NCBI GenBank assembly: GCA_049437325.1
Contig: JBMTIM010000004.1
Span: 13,983 to 77,982, forward strand
Length of the DNA stretch: 64,000 nt
Direction: 5' to 3'
From: Acidimicrobiales bacterium
GTDB lineage: Bacteria; Actinomycetota; Acidimicrobiia; Acidimicrobiales; Aldehydirespiratoraceae
Position numbers and translations under genes: made by a program. Positions 37,384 through 45,950 of the stretch are shown piece by piece (positions within the stretch are counted from its first letter, which is position 1; every line of letters begins with the position of its first letter). The notes beneath the pieces are model-generated. The model was not told where the DNA came from, ran no database searches, and was given only the letters and a program-made list of their open reading frames with translations.

Positions 37384-37729
37384 TCGTGAGGTGGTCACCG
37401 AGATCACCGACGAGATCAGCGAAGGAGCGCTGCTCGACGGCCGCGTCCCCGCCGCGGGCGAGCTCGCACCCCGAGATGCCGTCGATGGGTGCGGCGCGGG
37501 CGAGTAACGATCGCAGCGTGTCGTAGTCGGCTGCATCCAGTGCCTCGGCGATGCGATGCAGTTCGTTGATGGTGGCGGCGGGGGTGCTGTCTCGTGCATC
37601 GGCGCGGACCGTACTCTCCTCGTGTGGATCGTGTGAGGCGTGTGGGGCGATGGTCGTGGGGGGTCGTCTGTGACATCGCAGACGAGTGGTCGAAGGATCG
37701 TGTCGGTGGCCTCGCTGCAGAGATTGCAT
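37367..37729 (-). CDS. Possible small protein of unknown function; start unresolved
   Basis: Strong GC3 bias in the 37367-37600 part, which has no competing + strand gene. The only canonical start is the ATG at 37729, antisense to the 5' end of the YihY-family ORF. Confidence 0.3.
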   Translation of the reverse strand: MQSLQRGHRHDPSTTRLRCHRRPPTTIAPHASHDPHEESTVRADARDSTPAATINELHRIAEALDAADYDTLRSLLARAAPIDGISGCELARGGDAAVEQRSFADLVGDLGDHLTITLKS

Positions 37730-38547
37730 TCTTCGCCCTGCTCGGATTCTTTCCGACGGTCATCGTGCTGGCGGCGGCCCTCGGTTCGGTCGATGGCATC
37801 CTCGGCGAAAGCACTGCGGTCGATGTCGAGAACTGGCTGGTTGGACAGCTGATCGACATCTTCGGAGCAAACAACGTGGATCGCACCGTGACCGAGCTGT
37901 TCGACAGCTCCAACAGTGGTGCGTTCACGATCGGTGCATTGCTGGCCGTGTATGCCGCATCGCGCGGATTCGTGGCGGTCGTGCGTGCGCTCGATGTCGC
38001 CTACGACCACAAGCAGCAGCGCAACTGGCTGTCGACACGACTGGTCGGCTTCGGTCTCACCTTGCTCACCGTGCTGGTCGCGGCCGTCGTGCTGATCCTG
38101 ATCGTTGTTGGTCCCCTGATCGGCGAAGGTGGCGAGCTCGCCGAGAAGCTGGGTGTCGACGGGTGGTTCACCGTCCTGTGGGACTGGGTTCGCTGGCCGT
38201 TCGTGTTCACCGTGCTCGTCGGATGGGCGACCACCGTGTATCACCTCGCTCCCAACCACCGGTCACCATGGAAACTCGAGATTCCCGGTGCGGTGGTGGC
38301 ATCGGTGTGGTGGGCAGCGGTGTCACTCGGTTTCAACGCCTACCTCGACGTGGCAACGAGTGGTGCCAATGCGATCTTCGGGCTGCTCGGTGGAGCGCTG
38401 AGTCTGCTGTTCTGGTTGTACCTGATGGCGATGGGACTGCTGCTCGGTGCCGAGATCAACTCGCTGACCGCATCCCGACTGGGGCTGTCGATCGAGCCGG
38501 AACCGCGGCCTGGCCTCAGGGAGTCGCTCGCTCGCTTCCGGAAGTAG
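37594..38547 (+). CDS. YihY/BrkB-family membrane protein
   Basis: DRVGGLAAEIAFFALLGFFP signature plus about six TM segments. In-frame GTGs at 37624, 37633 and 37642 are alternative starts. Confidence 0.85.
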   Translation: MHRRGPYSPRVDRVRRVGRWSWGVVCDIADEWSKDRVGGLAAEIAFFALLGFFPTVIVLAAALGSVDGILGESTAVDVENWLVGQLIDIFGANNVDRTVTELFDSSNSGAFTIGALLAVYAASRGFVAVVRALDVAYDHKQQRNWLSTRLVGFGLTLLTVLVAAVVLILIVVGPLIGEGGELAEKLGVDGWFTVLWDWVRWPFVFTVLVGWATTVYHLAPNHRSPWKLEIPGAVVASVWWAAVSLGFNAYLDVATSGANAIFGLLGGALSLLFWLYLMAMGLLLGAEINSLTASRLGLSIEPEPRPGLRESLARFRK

Positions 38548-38557
38548 CCTGCAACCC

Positions 38558-40336
38558 ATGACGGATTTCCGGACGCCACTCGACGACATCCGCTTTGCCA
38601 TGCGCCATGTGGCCGATGCCGACGCCGTTGCCGCGTACGACGCGTTTGCCCACGCCGACGCCGACATGGTCGACGGGTTGCTTGCGGAGGCTGGGCGGTT
38701 CTTTGACGAGGTGTTCGCTCCGACCAACCGAGATGGCGACACCGTCGGCACGACCTGGAACCCGGACGGCAGCATCACCACCGCACCCGGCTTCGCAACG
38801 GCGTACGGGAAACTCGTCGAAGCCGGGTGGGCCGGTATCGGGTTCCCGGAGGTGTACGGCGGTGGCGGATTCCCGCAACTCGTGGGTACTGCGGTGCAGG
38901 AGATGACCACTGCAGCGAACATGGCGTTGGCGCTTTGTCCGCTGCTGACGCAGGGAGCGATCGAAGCCCTGATGCATCACGGTGACGAGATGCAGAAGGA
39001 GATCTATCTCCAGAAGCTCGTCTCGGGAGAGTGGACGGGAACGATGAACCTCACCGAGCCGCATGCCGGTTCTGATGTGGGGGCGCTGACCACCAAAGCA
39101 GTTCCTGCCGACGATGGGTCGTGGCGTATCTCCGGCCAGAAGATCTACATCACGTGGGGTGAGCACGACGTCGCCGAGAACATCGTGCACCTCGTCCTCG
39201 CCCGCACGCCCGGATCACCCCCGGGTACCAAAGGCATCAGCCTCTTCATCGTTCCGAAGTACCTGGTGAACGACGATGGTTCGCTCGGGGAGCGCAATGA
39301 CGTGCGCTGTGTGAGTATCGAGCACAAGCTTGGCATCCACGGCAGCCCCACCTGTGTCATGCAATACGGCGACGAAGGTGGGGCGGTGGGCTATCTCCTC
39401 GGCGAGGAGCACCAGGGCATGCGTTGCATGTTCACGATGATGAACAACGCCCGACTCGGGGTCGGTGTGGAAGGGCTTGGCATCGCAGAACGCGCCTATC
39501 AGCAGGCGTTGGCCTATGCCCACGAGCGCACTCAGGGTCGCGCCATCGGCGCCGAACCCGGCACCGAATCGCCGATCATCGATCACCCGGACGTTCAGCG
39601 CATGCTGCTCGACATGAAAGCGACGATCGCTGCGATGCGTGGTCTGTGCTACCGCAACGCGGCCGCGCTCGACCACAGTCGCGAGGCGGCCGATCCCGAG
39701 GCGCGGCAAGCCGGCGACGAACTCGCTGCGCTCTTGACGCCCCTGTCGAAGAGTTGGTGCACCGACATGGGGGTCGAGCTGGCCTCGATCGGTGTCCAGG
39801 TTCACGGCGGTATGGGGTTCATCGAAGAGACGGGTGCTGCACAACATTTCCGCGACGCCCGTATCGCGCCCATCTACGAGGGCACGAACGGGATCCAGGC
39901 GATCGATCTGGCCGGTCGCAAGCTCGGCCTGCGACAGGGTGGTGTGGTTCGAGACCACCTGGCGACCATTGCCGAGACGGTCGATGCACTCGCCGGTGTC
40001 GACGAGCTCGCCCCCGTCCATGTGCACCTCGCCGCTGCGCTGGCTGCCACGACCGAGGCGACCGACCACCTCCTTGCCCGATCGGCAACGAGCCCCGCCG
40101 ACATGCTTGCCGGTGCGATGGCGTATCTCGACATGATGGCGCTCACCACAGCCGCCGAGGGTCTGGCAGCGGGTGCACTTTCTGCTCGTGTGGCCGGCGA
40201 TCCTCTCGCAGACGAGGCAGCCTTGCTTGCCCGGTTCTTCGCCACGAACCGGCTCGCAGCCGTTCCCGCCCTGCTCGCTGCGGTCACGTCGGGTGCAGCC
40301 GATCTGACCGCGGCGCGGGGCAGCATCTTCTCGTGA
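38558..40336 (+). CDS. Long-form acyl-CoA dehydrogenase (FadE5/AidB-like, about 590 aa)
   Basis: ACAD N, middle and C domains (LTEPHAGSD, PIYEGTNGIQ) plus an extra C-terminal helical domain. Confidence 0.88.
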   Translation: MTDFRTPLDDIRFAMRHVADADAVAAYDAFAHADADMVDGLLAEAGRFFDEVFAPTNRDGDTVGTTWNPDGSITTAPGFATAYGKLVEAGWAGIGFPEVYGGGGFPQLVGTAVQEMTTAANMALALCPLLTQGAIEALMHHGDEMQKEIYLQKLVSGEWTGTMNLTEPHAGSDVGALTTKAVPADDGSWRISGQKIYITWGEHDVAENIVHLVLARTPGSPPGTKGISLFIVPKYLVNDDGSLGERNDVRCVSIEHKLGIHGSPTCVMQYGDEGGAVGYLLGEEHQGMRCMFTMMNNARLGVGVEGLGIAERAYQQALAYAHERTQGRAIGAEPGTESPIIDHPDVQRMLLDMKATIAAMRGLCYRNAAALDHSREAADPEARQAGDELAALLTPLSKSWCTDMGVELASIGVQVHGGMGFIEETGAAQHFRDARIAPIYEGTNGIQAIDLAGRKLGLRQGGVVRDHLATIAETVDALAGVDELAPVHVHLAAALAATTEATDHLLARSATSPADMLAGAMAYLDMMALTTAAEGLAAGALSARVAGDPLADEAALLARFFATNRLAAVPALLAAVTSGAADLTAARGSIFS

Positions 40337-40385
40337 GGCAGCGTCATGGCAGCCGACGGATCACACTGAACGCACCGTAAGACCC

Positions 40386-41198
40386 GTGCCCATGCTCGCC
40401 TCGATTCCCAGCCCACCGAGCAATGTGATCGAGCTCGGCCCGATCAGCTTGCGGGCATACGGGTTGATGATTGCCCTCGGGGTCGTGGCGGCCGTGCTGG
40501 TGTCCCAGAAAAGATGGGTGGCTCGGGGTGGCGACCCCGACGACATCAGTGCGGTGGCGATGTGGGCCGTGCCGGCGGGTCTGGTCGGCTCGCGGGTCTA
40601 CCACGTCTTCACCGACTGGCGCTTCGACGAGGGGTGGGCGGAACCGTTCAAGATCTGGGAGGGTGGCCTCGGTATTCCGGGCGGGATGGCTGCCGGCATC
40701 TTCGCCGCCCTCTGGTTGATCCGACGCAACGGCTGGGACCGTCGCAACCTGCTCGACGCAATGGTCCCGAGTCTTCCGTTGGCTCAGGCGATCGGGCGGT
40801 TGGGCAACTGGTTCAACCAAGAGCTGTTCGGGAGCCCGAGCGACCTTCCCTGGGCGGTCGAGATCGATGCTCGTTATGCCGCTCGCGCCGGCTATCCCGA
40901 CGCCGACACGTTTCATCCGACGTTCCTGTACGAATCGCTCTGGAACCTCGGGTTGTTCGGTGTGCTGGTGTGGGTCGACCGCAGCGGCAAGATTCGGCAG
41001 GGTGGTCTCGTTGCGGTCTATGTCGTCGGGTATGCCGCCGTTCGCATCTGGCTCGAGACCGTTCGCATCGATCCTGCCACCGAGATCGGTGGCCTCCGGG
41101 TGAACATTTGGATGAGCATCGTCGCACTGTCGGTCGCCGGTGGATGGCTTGTCGTTCGCGGTCGGGCGAGCGGCAACGACCGTGCGGTTGGTTCCTAG
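40386..41198 (+). CDS. lgt: Prolipoprotein diacylglyceryl transferase
   Basis: Lgt motifs: LRAYGLMIALG, GSRVYHV, GGLGIPGG, GRLGNWFNQELFG, HPTFLYES. Confidence 0.93.
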   Translation: MPMLASIPSPPSNVIELGPISLRAYGLMIALGVVAAVLVSQKRWVARGGDPDDISAVAMWAVPAGLVGSRVYHVFTDWRFDEGWAEPFKIWEGGLGIPGGMAAGIFAALWLIRRNGWDRRNLLDAMVPSLPLAQAIGRLGNWFNQELFGSPSDLPWAVEIDARYAARAGYPDADTFHPTFLYESLWNLGLFGVLVWVDRSGKIRQGGLVAVYVVGYAAVRIWLETVRIDPATEIGGLRVNIWMSIVALSVAGGWLVVRGRASGNDRAVGS

Positions 41199-42049
41199 GT
41201 CGTCGTCGATCGAGGTTCTGTGTCGATCGAGTCGGCCCATGTGAGCACGGTTTCGGAGAGCAGTGGCCAGGCAGTGGCTGCCCACGGCCCGAATGGTTCG
41301 GTGCAGAGTGCGATGAGGGTGACGGCGGCCTCAGGGTCGATCCACAGCATCGTGCCGGCGCGGCCGAAATGCCCGTAGGTTTCGGCACTGCTGCTCGGCG
41401 CAGTCCAGTGCGGTGACTTGTGTCCCCGCTTCTCTGGGCCAAGACCCCACGGATTGGGGGAGTGGTGGCCGAATCCGGGCACAACCCCATCGAGCGTGGG
41501 CAGATGCGTGGCGCGTGCTCGCTCGAGGGTGGCGTCGTGAACGAGGATCGGCGTCCGCCAGGCCGCGCTCAGTCGGAGCAGGTCGGTCACCGAGCCACGG
41601 CCACCAGCTCCGGCTGACCCGTCGAGTGAGAAGTTCGTCATTCCCAGTGGCTGGGTCACGGCGAGATGGAGGTACTCGGCGAACGGCATGCCGGCCCGAG
41701 CCGAAAGAAGGTCGGCGAGCAGGTCATAGCCGGTCGAGGAGTAGAGCCGCTTGTGCCGGGGTCGATGCACGAGGTCGAGCGTGTCGAACGCGACACCACC
41801 TGCGTGGGCCAAGACGTCGGCAACGGTCGCGCCGGTGTGAGGCTCGATATTGTCGAGCGCAAGCGTTCCCTCTTCGTGGGCCACGAGGAGCGCCATAGCC
41901 GTGACGAGCTTCGTGACCGAGGCAAGCTCGAACACGCGCTCGATGTCTCCATGCTGGATCATCGAGCCATCGGACTTCAGCGCCGCAGCTGCCGCTGTCC
42001 CCGGCCAACTGTCGATCTCGGAAAGTGATCCCGCGCCTGCGTCGGTCAT
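41195..42049 (-). CDS. Serine hydrolase, beta-lactamase/PBP4*-like family
   Basis: SxxK motif in FELASVTKLVTAMA. ATG at 42049; the upstream ORF extension looks non-coding. Confidence 0.8.
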   Translation of the reverse strand: MTDAGAGSLSEIDSWPGTAAAAALKSDGSMIQHGDIERVFELASVTKLVTAMALLVAHEEGTLALDNIEPHTGATVADVLAHAGGVAFDTLDLVHRPRHKRLYSSTGYDLLADLLSARAGMPFAEYLHLAVTQPLGMTNFSLDGSAGAGGRGSVTDLLRLSAAWRTPILVHDATLERARATHLPTLDGVVPGFGHHSPNPWGLGPEKRGHKSPHWTAPSSSAETYGHFGRAGTMLWIDPEAAVTLIALCTEPFGPWAATAWPLLSETVLTWADSIDTEPRSTTT

Positions 42050-42118
42050 GGGGTCAACGCTAGGTGACGCTGGTTTGTGCGGCTCCCCCGACCGGAGGCC
42101 CGGGTACGATTGGTCGCG

Positions 42119-42634
42119 ATGGTCGAAGAGTTCGGTGTTCGTGGCAAGCGGATCGATCGCTCGTTCGCGTTCATCGATCTGTGTGGTTTCACCGCGTACA
42201 CCGACCACGAAGGTGACGATGAGGCGGTCGACATTCTCAATGCGTTTCGGGCGACGGTTCGAGGCGTTGCGTCGGCTCGGGGTGTTCGCATTGCAAAGTG
42301 GTTGGGCGACGGTGCCATGCTCGTCGGGGTCGAACCCGAGCCCCTGCTCGAAGCGATCGTCGAGATCGAGGCGCTGATCGACTCGTCAGGATCGCCCCTG
42401 CCACTGCGAGGTGGTTTCAGCAGCGGTCGCGTCATCCTGATCGACGGTGACGACTACATCGGCACGCCGGTGAATCTCGGGGCCCGGTTGTGTGATTGTG
42501 CCGAGCCCCGCCAGATTCTCGCCCCGGCCGACACCGTCGAGCATCTGTACACATCGCTGGTGGCTCGTCCGATCGGCACTCGGGCGATCGCCGGGTTCGA
42601 CGATCCGGTCGATCTCGTCGAGCTGGCCCGCTGA
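42119..42634 (+). CDS. Stand-alone class III adenylate/guanylate cyclase catalytic domain
   Basis: About 171 aa carrying FAFIDLCGFT (metal Asp), KWLGDGAM (second Asp, Lys typical of ATP specificity) and GTPVNLGARL (Asn/Arg). No sensor domain. Confidence 0.8.
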   Translation: MVEEFGVRGKRIDRSFAFIDLCGFTAYTDHEGDDEAVDILNAFRATVRGVASARGVRIAKWLGDGAMLVGVEPEPLLEAIVEIEALIDSSGSPLPLRGGFSSGRVILIDGDDYIGTPVNLGARLCDCAEPRQILAPADTVEHLYTSLVARPIGTRAIAGFDDPVDLVELAR

Positions 42635-42930
42635 TGGATCCGCACGACCGATCTTCGTGGACGGAGTTCGAGTTGGCGGTCGGAGCGGTCCTCGATGGCC
42701 TCGGGACGGGCGATCTCGTGACTTATGGAGAGGTTGCAGCCGAGGCTGGATACCCGGGAGCCGCCCGGGCGGTCGGCTCGATGCTTGCCAAGTCCGACGG
42801 CACCCTTCCGTGGTGGCGGGTCATCGCCACCAGCGGCAAGCTTCTGGCCTCCCACGAGGCCGAGCAGGCACGGCTCCTCGCGGAGGAGGGCGTTTCCACC
42901 CGCAACGGGCGGGTGGACAGGAACGGTTGA
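42634..42930 (+). CDS. Alkyltransferase-like (ATL) protein, MGMT DNA-binding domain without the acceptor cysteine
   Basis: 98 aa. GDLVTYGEVA...GYPGAARAVGSML...LPWWRVI, i.e. the PCHRV motif reads PWWRV. ATG overlaps the cyclase stop (TGATG). Confidence 0.8.
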   Translation: MDPHDRSSWTEFELAVGAVLDGLGTGDLVTYGEVAAEAGYPGAARAVGSMLAKSDGTLPWWRVIATSGKLLASHEAEQARLLAEEGVSTRNGRVDRNG

Positions 42931-43033
42931 CCGGTCCGGTACCCTGCTGAGGTCGATCCATCTCCGACGATGGATGATTCCTCCCGACGCACCGAGCGAC
43001 GCCTTCCTCTTCAGATCCTCGGTCGAGAAGTAG

Positions 43034-44200
43034 ATGACCATCACCACCACCTTCGCGGACTTGGGTCTGGTCGACGAGATCGTCGACACCCTGTCCGATC
43101 GGGGGATCGTTGCCCCCTTCCCTGTTCAAGAACTCACCATCCCCGACGCACTTGCCGGTCGCGATGTCTGCGGCAAGGCCAAGACCGGCTCCGGCAAGAC
43201 CCTTGCCTTCGGTCTTCCGGTGCTCCAACGGATGCAGAAGGCGGCCCCGACCCGTCCGACCGGTCTGGTGCTCGTACCAACCCGCGAACTCGCGAATCAG
43301 GTGTGCGATGAACTTGCGCCGGCCGCTGACGCGGTTGGTCGCAGTGCGCTTGCGATCTACGGCGGTGCGCCGATCGAACAGCAGATCGAGAAGCTTGCGA
43401 CGGGTGTCGATCTCGTTGTCGCCACTCCTGGTCGCATGATCGACTTGATCGAGCGAGGCGCGATCTCGGTTGCCGATGTGGAGCATGTCGTCGTCGACGA
43501 GGCCGACCGCATGGCAGACATGGGCTTTCTCCCCCAGGTCGAGTGGATCCTTCGCAACGTCGAGGGTGACCATCAGACACTGCTGTTCTCGGCCACGCTC
43601 GATGGGGTGGTCAACACCCTCATCAAGCGGTACCAGACCGATCCCACCATGCACGAGGTCGTGTCGGAGGAAGTCACCGTCGAGGAGATGACCCATCGAT
43701 TCGTCGCAGTCCACAAGATGGACAAGGCGAAGGTTGCTGCGTCGATCGCGAAGTCGGCGGAGCGCACCATCATGTTCACGCGAACGAAAGCCATGGCGGA
43801 TCGTCTGGCCGGTGATCTGAAGGATCTCGGGATCAAGGCGGCACCGATCCACGGGGACCTTCGCCAGTCCAGTCGCGAGAAGTCCCTCAAGGACTTCAGC
43901 GATGGCAGACTTCACACCCTGGTGGCAACCGACGTTGCTGCCCGCGGGATCCATGTCGACGATGTGGACGTGGTCATCCAGTACGACCCGCCCGGTGACC
44001 ACAAGACCTATCTGCACCGTGCGGGCCGCACCGCTCGCGCCGGTGAGTCGGGCCTGGTCGTCACATTGTCGCTGTGGGACGAAGAGCTCGACATCAAGCG
44101 TCTGCAGAAGCGCATCGACTGCGTGATGCCGATCGTCGAGATGTTTTCGAACGATGTGCGGCTGGCCAACCTCGTTGCCTGGGACCCCGAGGACTCCTGA
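43034..44200 (+). CDS. DEAD-box ATP-dependent RNA helicase (core only)
   Basis: FADLGL, PFPVQ, AKTGSGKT, VVDEADRM, SAT, HRAGRTARAG. Confidence 0.93.
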   Translation: MTITTTFADLGLVDEIVDTLSDRGIVAPFPVQELTIPDALAGRDVCGKAKTGSGKTLAFGLPVLQRMQKAAPTRPTGLVLVPTRELANQVCDELAPAADAVGRSALAIYGGAPIEQQIEKLATGVDLVVATPGRMIDLIERGAISVADVEHVVVDEADRMADMGFLPQVEWILRNVEGDHQTLLFSATLDGVVNTLIKRYQTDPTMHEVVSEEVTVEEMTHRFVAVHKMDKAKVAASIAKSAERTIMFTRTKAMADRLAGDLKDLGIKAAPIHGDLRQSSREKSLKDFSDGRLHTLVATDVAARGIHVDDVDVVIQYDPPGDHKTYLHRAGRTARAGESGLVVTLSLWDEELDIKRLQKRIDCVMPIVEMFSNDVRLANLVAWDPEDS

Positions 44201-45866
44201 CCCCGAGGTCCACCGGTTTGTTGCGGCCTGTGTCGCAGCAAGTCACGGCGATGTGGACGGCGCGATCGCCGCTGTCGTTCACCGAGTTGCAACAGCGCGG
44301 CACGTCGAGGTCGAGTTGATCGTCGATGGCGTCGTTGTCGACGCAGCCGACTCGGTCCTCGAAGCCGGCACCGGCTCGGTGTGTGCGGGTCCATGGGGCC
44401 CGTGGTTGCCCGGTTTCGTGCGCGAAGCCCTGCAGCCGAGTGAAGCGCAACGGGTCCTTGGGGTCCATCACACACCGCCGCAGATCGTCGGTGACATTCT
44501 CGATCTTCTCGAGCAGACAACCGGTCCGATCGCCGATCGTGCGAGTGTGCTCGATCCGGCCGTTGGCGGTGGAGCCTTTCTTCTCGCTGCCGCCGAGCGG
44601 ATGCGCGGCGATCGAATCGATGTTGCCGAGCGTTTCTGGGCGGTCGACCTCGACCCGGTCGCCCTTGGCACCGCCCATGCAGCGCTGTCGCTGTGGGCTG
44701 GTGGCTCGGTGCCGAGCGACCGATTCGTCGTCGGTGACTTTCTCGCCGCGACAACAGGTGCGCACCTGCCCGAACGCGTCGACCTCGTCGTCGGCAATCC
44801 ACCGTTTCTGTCACAACTGAAGGGGCCAACTGCTCGCAGCGCAGACGCCCGAGCAGCCCTGCGGCGGCGGTGGCCCGATGTCGGGGGCTATGTCGACGAT
44901 GCCGCAGCATTCCTCCTCGCCGGCGCCGAGCTTCTGGCTTCGGACGGGGCGATGGTGCTGGTGCAGCCCGATTCGATTCTCGCAGCAAGCGATGCTGCGG
45001 CGGTACGTGCTCGACTGCAGACGGTTGCACCGATCCGTGGCCTGTGGGTCGACGAGAACCGGTCGTTTGCTGCATCGGTCGACACGGTGGCGATTGTGGC
45101 GGCACCCGGCGATTCGGGCCCGGTGCAGGTCGGCTGGGGTGCAGCCGTCGAGCCGTCGACGGGTTCATGGGGTCACCTGCTTGCAGCGGCACGAGGTGTG
45201 CCGGTCATCGCCACACCGAGTGACACACCGACACTGGCCGAGATCGCCGATGTCACCGCCGGCTTCCGCGACCAGTACTACGGACTGGTCGACGCAGTGG
45301 CCGACGATGCCGATGGCGATCATCGGCTCATCACCGTGGGTTTGATCGATCCACTGCACAACGGCTGGGGCGAACGACCGGCCCGTTTCGCCAAGCAGCG
45401 CTTCCGGCATCCGAGTGTCGATCTCGATCGGGTGGATCCTGCCGTTCGTGACTGGATTCGGGCCCGCTTGGTCCCCAAGGTGCTCGTTGCCAGCCAGACC
45501 AAGGTCCTCGAGGCGATCGTCGACGAGGTGGGCAACGCAGTCCCGTCGGTACCCGTGGTGTCGGTCGTGCCCCGTCCTGATGCCCCATCGCTTTGGCACC
45601 TTGCGGCGCTGCTCACCAGCCCGGTGGCGACGACGCTTGCGGTGCTCGATGCTGCTGGTAGCGCCATGACTGCCGATGCGATCCGGGTGTCGGCTCCGCG
45701 GCTTGCTCGCTTGCCGCTGCCAGGTGATCGCAGGGCGTGGGACGAGGCAGCGGCCGCCGCCCACCGAGGCGACATCGACGAGTGTGGATGGGCGATGCTG
45801 CGAGCGCACGGTCTTGGCCATCGGTGCGATGTCTTCGAGTTCTGGCGCTCCCGCATCCCCACCTAA
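44154..45866 (+). CDS. N6-adenine DNA methyltransferase (gamma class, Eco57I/TaqI-like with C-terminal specificity domain), no partner nuclease
   Basis: HHTPPQIV, motif I LDPAVGGGAFL, motif IV VVGNPPF, TaqI_C-like C-terminal half. Start uncertain: the ATG at 44154 overlaps the helicase by 47 nt, and a GTG lies at 44253. Confidence 0.8.
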   Translation: MCGWPTSLPGTPRTPDPEVHRFVAACVAASHGDVDGAIAAVVHRVATARHVEVELIVDGVVVDAADSVLEAGTGSVCAGPWGPWLPGFVREALQPSEAQRVLGVHHTPPQIVGDILDLLEQTTGPIADRASVLDPAVGGGAFLLAAAERMRGDRIDVAERFWAVDLDPVALGTAHAALSLWAGGSVPSDRFVVGDFLAATTGAHLPERVDLVVGNPPFLSQLKGPTARSADARAALRRRWPDVGGYVDDAAAFLLAGAELLASDGAMVLVQPDSILAASDAAAVRARLQTVAPIRGLWVDENRSFAASVDTVAIVAAPGDSGPVQVGWGAAVEPSTGSWGHLLAAARGVPVIATPSDTPTLAEIADVTAGFRDQYYGLVDAVADDADGDHRLITVGLIDPLHNGWGERPARFAKQRFRHPSVDLDRVDPAVRDWIRARLVPKVLVASQTKVLEAIVDEVGNAVPSVPVVSVVPRPDAPSLWHLAALLTSPVATTLAVLDAAGSAMTADAIRVSAPRLARLPLPGDRRAWDEAAAAAHRGDIDECGWAMLRAHGLGHRCDVFEFWRSRIPT

Positions 45867-45950
45867 TTCCGACCAATTCACTCCGGATTAGATCCGACGC
45901 AGATAGGGTGTTGCTTCTGTTCGCCCTAGCGTTGTGGAGAAGGAGTCTCC

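Noticed and set aside
45867-45950. SAM riboswitch (SAM-IV or SAM-I) or McbR-type operator upstream of metX.
   Set aside because: The gap is only about 85 nt and lacks the conserved SAM-riboswitch cores. The TCCGAC/TCCGGA repeats do not form the TAGAC-N6-GTCTA palindrome. Support is insufficient.
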